A DNA stretch of 60,835 nucleotides from Acidobacteriota bacterium (GTDB lineage Bacteria > Acidobacteriota > Terriglobia > Bryobacterales > UBA6623): NCBI GenBank assembly GCA_027624045.1, contig JAQBUE010000003.1, positions 1 to 60,835 on the forward strand. Direction: 5' to 3'. The translations under genes and the position numbers were made by a program. Of the stretch, positions 29,481 to 38,100 are shown one piece after another. The first letter of the stretch is position 1, and each line of letters starts with the position of its first letter. The notes beneath the pieces were generated by a model. The model had not been told where the DNA came from and did no database searches. It worked only from the letters and a program-made list of their open reading frames with translations.

Positions 29481-30284
29481 TTGCAACGGCATTACATTCG
29501 TCTCGCTTTCCTTGCGACGCTTTTCGCGGCCGCCGCGACTCTCCGTGCCACCGACCCGCCCCCGGCCACCCCCGAGCAGGAACGCATCAAGGCCCTCGTC
29601 GAAGAGGGTGTTCTTCCGAGGACCGCCTTGGTGAAGGCCACCCGTGAACGCGAGAGTGAGCGTCTCGAAGGGGTCGTGCGCGACACCCTGGCAAGTAGCC
29701 AGCTGCTGGCCGGGCAGATCCCCGAGATGATCCGCGCCGTGAGTACCCTGCGCGACATGGCGCGCGAAAATCTCGCCAACGCCTTGAAACTGGCTGAAGC
29801 CGGAGTGCTGCCGCTACAGCAGCTGGAGAGGGTGAAGGATGCCAGCGCCCTCGCTGAGCGCCGTTTCGAACTTGCCGAGAAGCGCGCGCAGCTCGTGCGT
29901 GAGATGGCTCTCATGGCGCGCGCCGAAAGTAGCGTCGACGCACTCAGAGATGAGGACCTGGCTTTCGACTACGTGAGCGAAAGCGAGGACTGGCGCGAGC
30001 AGATCCTTTCGGTGGATGCCGCTTTCTTTCACGAATTCGCGCGCGGCCTGCCGATCAGCGCCGACGGCGCCACACCGCTGCACCGCTCGCTCGGCTTCGA
30101 CCACACCGATCGCATCGACGTAGCGCTGCATCCCGACGACCCTGACGGTCTCTTCGTGATCGAGTTGCTGTATGAGTGGGATATCCCGTTCATTGCCTTC
30201 CGCAGCAGCGTGCCGGGCCAGTCAACCGGCCCCCACATCCACATCGGTCCCCGCAGCGACCCCATACCGCCAGAAGAACTGTAG
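29481..30284 (+). CDS. Secreted hypothetical protein: coiled-coil N-terminal half plus a short His/Asp-rich C-terminal domain (possibly EnvC/LytM-like)
   Basis: TTG start 6 nt after an AGGAG Shine-Dalgarno (29470-29474). Signal peptide LAFLATLFAAAATLRA. The motif E(E/A)GVLP is repeated. C-terminal DHTDRID ... QSTGPHIHIG. Confidence 0.6.
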   Translation: MQRHYIRLAFLATLFAAAATLRATDPPPATPEQERIKALVEEGVLPRTALVKATRERESERLEGVVRDTLASSQLLAGQIPEMIRAVSTLRDMARENLANALKLAEAGVLPLQQLERVKDASALAERRFELAEKRAQLVREMALMARAESSVDALRDEDLAFDYVSESEDWREQILSVDAAFFHEFARGLPISADGATPLHRSLGFDHTDRIDVALHPDDPDGLFVIELLYEWDIPFIAFRSSVPGQSTGPHIHIGPRSDPIPPEEL

Positions 30285-30335
30285 CGGCGTAGCGGCCCCA
30301 ATGAACGCCTCCCGGCATGCTATATTGTTCAACTA

Positions 30336-30692
30336 ATGCCGCGTGGTTACATCCCTATTCTCATCTTCCTCGTTGCCGCTTTCGCTTTCCCGGTGGTGAC
30401 GATCATCGCGGCCAAACTGGTGCGCCCCAGCGCGCCCAATAAGGCAAAGCTCGAAGCCTACGAGTGCGGCATCCCCACCGATAGCGACACCCGCGGACGC
30501 TACTCAATCCATTTTTATCTCGTCGCGATCCTGTTCGTGATTTTCGATGTTGAGACCATCTTTCTGATCCCGTGGGCCATCCAGTACCACGTGCTGGGAC
30601 TGTTCGGTCTGGTTGAAATGCTCGTCTTCCTGGCAATCCTGATCGTGGGTTACGTTTGGATCTTCCGCCAGGGCGCCTTGAAGTGGGTTTAG
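30336..30692 (+). CDS. nuoA: NADH-quinone oxidoreductase subunit A (stand-alone copy)
   Basis: 118 aa, 3 TM, with the characteristic KLEAYECGIP...RYSIHFYLVAILFVIFDVETIFLIPWA. Confidence 0.9.
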   Translation: MPRGYIPILIFLVAAFAFPVVTIIAAKLVRPSAPNKAKLEAYECGIPTDSDTRGRYSIHFYLVAILFVIFDVETIFLIPWAIQYHVLGLFGLVEMLVFLAILIVGYVWIFRQGALKWV

Positions 30693-30711
30693 CCGCGCAT
30701 CACGAACCGTC

Positions 30712-31902
30712 GTGGCTACCGTAACGCTTCCCTCCATATCCGCCGCGTTTCTTGCCGCTCTGACTGTGCTGCTGGCATCGTGCCAACCGGCGGCGAATAC
30801 GCCCGCGCCCAACAACGCAGCCGCGGACTCGCGGTATTTCGCCTACTTCGGCGCTCAAACAGAAGGTGATGGAGCGGGCAAGGGAATCTACGCCTACAGC
30901 TTTGACGCGAGCACGGGCGAGTTGAGTGAAATCGGGCTTGTCGCCGAGATGACTTATCCGGCGTTCCTGGCCGTGCATCCCAGCCAGCGGTATCTTTACG
31001 CCGTCACCGCCGATGAGGAGCGGCGCGGCGCGGTGCGCTCGTTTGAAGTCGACCGCGCAAGCGGGAAGCTGAAGATGCTGAATCAGGTCTTGTCAGGAGG
31101 AACCGCTCCCGTCCACCTCGACATCCACCCGTCAGGTCGAATGCTGGCCGTGGCGAACTATCTTCCGGGAAGTACGTCTTCATTGCCCGTCAAGTCAGAC
31201 GGCTCGCTGGGCTCGGCAGTCAGCGTTCTCGACCACTATGGATCGAGTGTCGACCCGCGCCGTCAAAGCGGACCGCACGCGCACTCGGTCAACTTCTCTC
31301 CCGACGGCAGGTTCGCCATTGCGGCCGATCTGGGAACCGACGACCTCTTTGTATTTCGCACCGACGCCGAGAAAGCGTCGCTCGCCTTCAACGATCCGGC
31401 CTTTGCCGAAGCCTCCCCCGGCAGCGGTCCGCGTCATTTGGCTTTCCATCCCTCGGCGCCCTACTGCTACGTCATCAACGAAATGAACAACACCCTGACG
31501 GCGTTCCGCTGGGATGCCGAACAGGGCGCCATGGAAAGAATCCAGACGCTTTCGACGCTTCCCGAAGGCTACAGCGAAACCAGCTACACGGCGGAAATTC
31601 GTGTTCACCCTTCAGGCAAATATTTGTACGGATCAAACCGCGGGCACGATTCAATCGTTCGATTCGACGTGGACCCCGACGACGGCAAGCTCAGCATGCC
31701 GCGATGGACCCCGACGCAAGGGAACTTTCCGCGCAACTTCAACTTCGACCCCAGCGGCGCCTTTCTTTTCGCTGAGAACCAGAACAGCGGCACCGTGGTG
31801 GTGTTCCGCGTCGATCGCGAATCCGGCGATCTCACGCCGACCGGCCAGGTGCTGAGCGTCCCGCGCCCGGCGTGTTTGCGATGGGTGAAAGCAGCGTCGT
31901 AG
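30712..31902 (+). CDS. Lipoprotein, 7-bladed beta-propeller lactonase (YbhE/6-phosphogluconolactonase-type)
   Basis: GTG start. Lipobox LLASC. Family blocks include GPRHLAFHPS..YCYVINEMNNTLTAF, IRVHPSGKYLYGSNRGHDSIV and FNFDPSGAFLFAENQNSGTVVVF. Confidence 0.85.
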   Translation: MATVTLPSISAAFLAALTVLLASCQPAANTPAPNNAAADSRYFAYFGAQTEGDGAGKGIYAYSFDASTGELSEIGLVAEMTYPAFLAVHPSQRYLYAVTADEERRGAVRSFEVDRASGKLKMLNQVLSGGTAPVHLDIHPSGRMLAVANYLPGSTSSLPVKSDGSLGSAVSVLDHYGSSVDPRRQSGPHAHSVNFSPDGRFAIAADLGTDDLFVFRTDAEKASLAFNDPAFAEASPGSGPRHLAFHPSAPYCYVINEMNNTLTAFRWDAEQGAMERIQTLSTLPEGYSETSYTAEIRVHPSGKYLYGSNRGHDSIVRFDVDPDDGKLSMPRWTPTQGNFPRNFNFDPSGAFLFAENQNSGTVVVFRVDRESGDLTPTGQVLSVPRPACLRWVKAAS

Positions 31903-31917
31903 GCTCCACCCAGATCG

Positions 31918-32946
31918 TCAATCCCGTTCCGAGTACTTCCGCGCAATTTCGGCTATTCTCTCTCTATCCTCCAGACGGACATTCGCGCCCGGCGGCCGCA
32001 CCGGTCCGCCCGCTCTGCCGAGAGCTTCCAGCCCAACCTTGATGGCGCTGATTCCGTAACCCGGGCTGACCTGCCTCAGCGCGACGACGGGGTTGATCTT
32101 CTTTTGAAGAACTGCATTCATCTGATCGAGCCGGCCGCCGACGCCGGATTCCCAAAATTGGCGGCAAGCTTCCGGAGCAAAAACAGCGACGGCACTCGTG
32201 TAGGCGCGGGCGCCGGCCGGCAGCGCCTTCACTGCGTGTTCTTCTCCCTCGGCGATCCAGAGAAAGTCGTCGGGAACCAGGGTGCCTAGCGACTTTCCGA
32301 CCGCGATCTCCCCGCTTGCGTCCTTGAACCCGATGACATTAGGCGTTTCGGCGAGCCGTCGGATTGTCTCCGGCCAATGCTCTTCCTTCCCTCGCGGGTA
32401 CAGGATCACTCCGATCTTCACGGCATCGGCGACGTCTTTGAAGTAACGATAGGCGCCCTCCGGATCATCACTGCCGTAGGGTGAGGAGAAAAGCAGTACG
32501 GCATCCGCCCCCACCTGTTCGGCGTTGCGGGCCATCCGCAGCGCCGCTCCATAGCCGCCTCCCGCGCCCACAACGACTGGAAGCCTACCTTGCGCGCCCG
32601 CTACAGCGGCTTCGGCCATGGCTTTCTGCTCATCGGTATCGAGCGTGAACAACTCACCGAGCCCGCCGCCTACAACGATCGTCATGTCGCCGACGCCGGC
32701 CCGCGCGTGGTGGGCTACATTTTGCCGCAAGCCCTTGGTGTCCAATGTGTAGTCGGGAAGGAAGGGCGTTGTCAGGAAGTTGTGGACGCCGCGCAGTCGT
32801 TTTCTGAGGGCGGCGTAGCTCTGCTTCGCCCCCTTGCCGTCGCGCGAACCATCGCCCGCGCCGAACGCCTCGGAAAAAGCAAATGAGAGACCCAGGCCGA
32901 AGGCGGCTGAACTTTTCAGAACCTGTCGTCGCGCTAACATTCTCAT
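31918..32946 (-). CDS. Tat-signal dihydrodipicolinate synthase/N-acetylneuraminate lyase family class I aldolase
   Basis: The start is MRMLARRQVLKSSAAFGLGLSFA. Present are the TTPF motif, GGLGELFTLDTDEQ, and the Schiff-base Lys context VIGFKDASGE. An SD GGAGG precedes the ATG. Confidence 0.8.
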   Translation of the reverse strand: MRMLARRQVLKSSAAFGLGLSFAFSEAFGAGDGSRDGKGAKQSYAALRKRLRGVHNFLTTPFLPDYTLDTKGLRQNVAHHARAGVGDMTIVVGGGLGELFTLDTDEQKAMAEAAVAGAQGRLPVVVGAGGGYGAALRMARNAEQVGADAVLLFSSPYGSDDPEGAYRYFKDVADAVKIGVILYPRGKEEHWPETIRRLAETPNVIGFKDASGEIAVGKSLGTLVPDDFLWIAEGEEHAVKALPAGARAYTSAVAVFAPEACRQFWESGVGGRLDQMNAVLQKKINPVVALRQVSPGYGISAIKVGLEALGRAGGPVRPPGANVRLEDRERIAEIARKYSERD

Positions 32947-33146
32947 GCAGACCGCACCTCCGAGCCTGGAGTATACGCCAATAGATGTCTTGCTGGAAGG
33001 GACAATCGGTCGTGGGCCGGTTTGGCCAGGTCATCGCGATCCGCAACACTTCTTGAACTTCCGGCCACTCCCGCGGGGACACGGAGCATTGCGGCCAACC
33101 TTCGGCTCCCAGCGGCAGGGTCCGCGGCGCAGAGGCCCTAGCCGCG

Positions 33147-33710
33147 CTACGGGGACGGGTACCAACCACCGTGCAGCATCCGATTCATCCCCTGCAAATC
33201 GAACGCCTCCGCGTCAAAGCCCTCCCCGAGCCAATCATTCATTTCGGCGTATTCGGGATGGTCGGGATCGGCGAGCACCTCGAGAAGGTGATAGTACCCG
33301 TACAGGCCGCCACAATCTTCTGGCGGGCACGCTCTCTTTCCAGCGACGAGCCAAGGATACTTACTCTTCCTATCAGCATCGACTACGCGCTCCAAGACAA
33401 CGTCATGCAGCCAACCGTCTCCGAAATCGTACTCATATAGAATTCGATCCTTCGGCTTCCGCAAGACGCTGTTCAGCTTCGCCCTCTTCTCGTCAAGCAT
33501 CTCAGGCATTTCCGGATATGGAGAGCCGTAACACGTCTCGCCCTTAACGAACTGGTGCAAGTGGCTGTCGGTCCAACCCATCGTGAACTGCAGCAACTCG
33601 TGAAGGACCTGGAGGGACACCGTATCGCGGACCAGTAGCCTCCTCCAGATTGGCGGTCTTGAGCCCTTTAGACTCACCTTGATTTGATAAACCGTTCGTG
33701 GCGCTGTCAT
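33147..33710 (-). CDS. pRiA4b ORF-3-like / MM3350-like domain protein (PF07929-type)
   Basis: YQIKVSLKGSRPPIWRRLLV...LHELLQFTMGWTDSHLHQF... and CPPEDCGGLYGYYHLLEVLADPDHPEY. ATG 33710 is preferred over GTG 33743. Confidence 0.8.
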   Translation of the reverse strand: MTAPRTVYQIKVSLKGSRPPIWRRLLVRDTVSLQVLHELLQFTMGWTDSHLHQFVKGETCYGSPYPEMPEMLDEKRAKLNSVLRKPKDRILYEYDFGDGWLHDVVLERVVDADRKSKYPWLVAGKRACPPEDCGGLYGYYHLLEVLADPDHPEYAEMNDWLGEGFDAEAFDLQGMNRMLHGGWYPSP

Positions 33711-33779
33711 TGTTGTCAACCGGCCGATCTCAGCGGCGCTCACTTTGGTTTAACAAACTGACCCACTAGCAGGCAATCG

Positions 33780-35084
33780 CTAGCCGCGGCGCGCCCCCAA
33801 GAGAACCTCCCGCAGGCGGCGGCCGACAATCATTTCCTCACCCTTTTGCAGGCCCAGTGCATAGACTGTCACCGTTTCGACCGCTTTCTTGCGATCACCA
33901 GAAACATCGACATCGGGCTTCGGGACACGTTCGCGAATGACGTACGGGTTGTAGTCCGAGAGCACTTGTATAGAGGGGCTGCTCTCACGGAGCCGGCGTC
34001 CACATTCGCCGGTACTGATGCTGATTTCGCTTTCGTCCCACTCAACGACCAATTGCCGGAAACGGTTGCTGCCGCCGCGAGTTTCTGTCTTCGTGCGCAC
34101 GCCGGGAACTGTCGAAAGCATCGCTTCAATGCGCTGGAGTTTCTTGTCCTGCTGTCGATAAAGATCCTCCAGATCAATCGTGAGCCATTTCTCGACGGCT
34201 GTCAGGCAGCCGATGATCTCCTCCTTACCAACCTTCATCGGTCTGCAAACAGCCCCTTCTACAGGGCTCGAGTTCATCAGGGCTGCCTCGATGAGGTCTT
34301 TGCGCCCGAATAGCAGGCCGGAGCACTGCGGACCTTGGAGCCCCTTGCCTCCACTGAAAGCGTAAAGGTCGACGCCCATCTTCGCGTACCGCTTCAGGTT
34401 CCCGACGGGCGGGATGCCACCAGCGGCATCTACGAAAACCGGGACGCCGCGTTGCTTGCAGACAGCAAGGATCTTCTCAAGCGGCGGGGCATTGTCGGGC
34501 ACCGGGTCGGCGGGATAGCCGGTGTACAGCATGGCCGTCCGGTCCGAGATGGCGCCTGGCAAGTCCGCGAGGGTCTCAATCACTTTGAGCTGGCCGCCCG
34601 CCAAGCGGATGGCGTTGTCGAAAACACTACGGCCGCCCCACATCACTACCTCGTTGCGCATGCCCTCCGAATCGGGCAAAGCACGGATCTTCAGCGGGTC
34701 GGTCCCAGCAATGCAGGCCGCCGTCGCAACAGCCATCGCGGCGGCCGATCCGGACGTGACCATACCGGCTTCAGCCCCCGAAATCTCGGCCAGCCGCCGG
34801 CCCACCGCGCGTTGCAACTGCACGATGTCAACAAAGTACTGGGAGGCTTCGTCCATGGCCTCTCGAACCTCGGGCCACACCAGAGTGGCGCTGAGGAACG
34901 TAAACGGGATGTTGGCCATGATGAATGGCTCGACTCCGAGTCTGGTGTAGACGTTGTCACGAAAGGAATGCTTCTTCAGCCGGGCCGCGGCCTTGGAACT
35001 CATGCCGAGCAGGGACAGATACCCGACGAGCGCGTAGCCGTGCGTCTGGCGAAAGAATCGTCTGCGGGTAGATCGTAGCGACAT
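33780..35084 (-). CDS. Tat-signal SelA-like (L-seryl-tRNA selenium transferase / DgaE-related) PLP-dependent enzyme
   Basis: The start is MSLRSTRRRFFRQT followed by a hydrophobic stretch. The PLP-lysine block is FSGGKGLQGPQCSGLL (compare SelA SGDKLLGGPQ). It is a paralog of 45597..47177. Confidence 0.75.
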   Translation of the reverse strand: MSLRSTRRRFFRQTHGYALVGYLSLLGMSSKAAARLKKHSFRDNVYTRLGVEPFIMANIPFTFLSATLVWPEVREAMDEASQYFVDIVQLQRAVGRRLAEISGAEAGMVTSGSAAAMAVATAACIAGTDPLKIRALPDSEGMRNEVVMWGGRSVFDNAIRLAGGQLKVIETLADLPGAISDRTAMLYTGYPADPVPDNAPPLEKILAVCKQRGVPVFVDAAGGIPPVGNLKRYAKMGVDLYAFSGGKGLQGPQCSGLLFGRKDLIEAALMNSSPVEGAVCRPMKVGKEEIIGCLTAVEKWLTIDLEDLYRQQDKKLQRIEAMLSTVPGVRTKTETRGGSNRFRQLVVEWDESEISISTGECGRRLRESSPSIQVLSDYNPYVIRERVPKPDVDVSGDRKKAVETVTVYALGLQKGEEMIVGRRLREVLLGARRG

Positions 35085-35155
35085 CCGTAGGCCCCCTTAG
35101 TGAGAGTCATTGTACGTAATCCAGCTTGCGTCACATGACGCTGACGATTCAATTG

Positions 35156-38100
35156 CTAGCGTCGCCTGCGCCGCCAATCCCACGCCACCCAGGCCAACCC
35201 GATCAGCAGAACGACTCCGCGCGCGCCCTTCGCGAGCGTCATCTCCAGGCCACCGTCATAGCGCAACTCGATACGGCAAGGGCCCTCACACCGCGGCGTC
35301 ACAATCATCTGGCCCAGGCCATCGCGCCGCAGGGCTACCTCGCGGCCGTCGACCGTCGCGCTCCAGCCGGGATGATGGCTGATCTGTAAGGAAACGACAT
35401 GCTCACGCGTTAAGTCGGCTTCGATGACACCGGTCCCCGCGTCCCGCCACTCGATGTTGGCCAGCGGCAGAGATGCATCCTCGCAGGCGCGCACGTAACG
35501 AAGCATCGGTTCGACGTCATTCTGATCCGTGGGAGTCGTCGCGACGACGTCCGCGCGCCGAATCACCTTGGCCAACGAATCCGAGCGATGCGGCACGCCG
35601 TAGATCACATCGTCCCCATCACCCCCATCGCGCCACAATTCCGGCAGCACGCCCACGAACTTCGCCGGGTCGCGAAAAGCACGATAGGCGTCTCGCGTCC
35701 GCTCTCCCCCGACGATGATCGCTTTTGCACCGTAGGCCCGCAACCAGGCTACCGCCTGCTCGCCGTCAGCCATCAGGTGCGGTATGCCGTAACGCACATG
35801 CGGTATGCGTGGATTGCGTATCCCCTCATCGAAGCCGCCCCCGAGTTGAGGGTTGTCCGCAAAAGCGCTGAGCCAGAACTGCGTTGAGCCCGTGGCGAAC
35901 ACTCGCTTGCCCGGCAGATTCTGATCCAGCCAGCGAGAGGCGCTGTATTCGACGGTCTGCTCAATGGCAATCGAGCGCAGTTGCGGCGCAGCGTACTCGC
36001 GCAGATTGGCGACTTGCGCCAGGGCGACCAGCGCTGTCGCCGCCGCGAGTATCGGGCGCAGCCTCAGCCCGGCGCCACGCAGTACCCATCCCAAAGCGAA
36101 CGCCAGTGACAACGCTACCGCGAGTTCGAACTCCAAGTGGTAACGCTGAGGTTGCGGGACAAGATGCACGCCCAGCCATTCATCAGAAAGCGCGATCACT
36201 CCGGTACCGGCTAGAAACAGAATGCTGAAGCCGGCGCCGCGCGAGATCTCAAAGCGGCGAAGCAGTTTCGCGCCGCCAGCGAGCGCCGCCGCCAGCAGCA
36301 AGAGCATCAAGACCTGAACCGACTGGAAGGAAGCATAACTTTCAATGTATTCCGCGTTCCGCCACACACCCATCAAGTACGAAGGGGGAATCCAAGAGGC
36401 GGCGATGGCATAGGCGGCGCCGAGTACAAGCGGAATCTTCATCGGCCCGCCGTGACCAGGCCGCGTCAGCGCCAGGCAAACGGCCCCTAAGGCCAGCGAC
36501 ATCACGCCAAACCAATTCGTGAGCAGAATCGCCGCTGCCGCCAGAACGGCCGCAAACAAACGCGCCGGCGTCAAGCGCTCGAGCAGGCGGTCGATGGCCA
36601 CGATGGCGGCCGGGAGCAGTACCAACACCATCAGATAGGCCGCGTCGCCATAGATCACGAGGTCTCTGAGCCGCCGCGGCCACCACATTGAGCCCAGATC
36701 AGCCGCGATCGAGGGGAGCAGGAACGCCGTCGGTGACAGCAACGAGTAGGCCAGCGCGGCGAGAAAACTTGCCATGCGATCTCGCGTGAAGTAGAGCGCT
36801 AAGCCATACAGCGCAACCGGCCCCAAGCAATAGACCGCCGCACCTGCAACGTGGAAACTCAGTGCTGCCGATGCGCCGCTGAGAGCTGAAAACGCCGCCG
36901 CGGCTATCGGCAGCAGCGGATGATACGCATTCTCAAACGGGATTCCGCCATACCACAGCGGGAACCACGCGAAGTCAAACGGGTGTTCGGCGATGTGCCG
37001 GATCAGCCCCATGTAAGCGCCCTCGATCGATCCCATCCTGTCGAGGTAGGCGGTTACGAACAGTTCACGGCATACGAATGCGTTCAGTGCCACGAGTGCG
37101 CCAACCTGAAGCGCGGCGGGCGCCAACACCTGCTCGCGCACCGAAGCGGCAACACCGGGCCGGAAGCGTTCCGCGCCTATCCACAGCAAGAACAGGCATA
37201 GCGTCAGAAAGCGCGCTGTCTTGGCCGCGAGCATCTCCGTTCCGCCGTCGTAGCGCAGTTCAATGCGGCAAGGGCCGTCGCAGCCGGGCTCGATCAACAT
37301 CATTCCGAGACCGTCTTCCGTTGCAGGCCTGGCGGCGCCGTTCACCGTCGCGTTCCAGCCGGGGTGATAGCTGATCTGCAACGAAATCAGGTGCTCGGGC
37401 TTCAGCTCGGTCTCGATCACGCCGCTGTGGGGATTCATCCAGTCGATGTCGGCCAGAGGCAGCGACGGATCATCCAGGCCCGCGACGTAGGGGCGGACAT
37501 GCTCGATATCCTCTCCGTGGATCGGTGGACGTGTGACCACGTGCTCGCGACGAATCACGCGCGCCAGCGAGTCCGAGCGTTGCGGCACGACGTAGATGGC
37601 GTCGTCGCCGTCTCGCCAAAGCTCCTCTAGAAGGCCGTCGAACTTAGCTGGATCTCGATACTCCTTGTAGGCGTCGCGCGTATTCGGACCGCCCACGATC
37701 ACCGCATGCGTGCCCAGGGCTTTGAGCCACACCGCCGAACGTTCGCCGTCGCCGGCCAGATACGGGATTGCAAATTTGATATGGAGAAGCGGCCTGTTGC
37801 GCAGTCCCTGATCGAAGCCGCCACCCACCTGCGGCGAGTCCGAAAAGGCATTCAGCCAGAACCGCGTGGAACCTGAGGCGAACACTCTTTTGCCTGGCAG
37901 GTTCTCAGCGGCCCATCGGGCAGCCTGGTACTCGACCGTCGTTTGGATATCAATGGACGATATCCGCGAGCCGCCATATTTGTAATACCCATAAGCCTGT
38001 GAAAGAGCGAGAGCCAGACCCAAGACGACGATCGGAATTCTGATGACCGGCAGCAGACGTCTCGCCCAGGGAACAGCGGCAAGCGACACAGTCAAGACCA

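Noticed and set aside
32947-33779. An IS element or miniature transposon around the pRiA4b ORF-3-like gene
   Set aside because: I saw no transposase, terminal inverted repeats or direct target duplications in the flanks. Only a lower GC impression remains.
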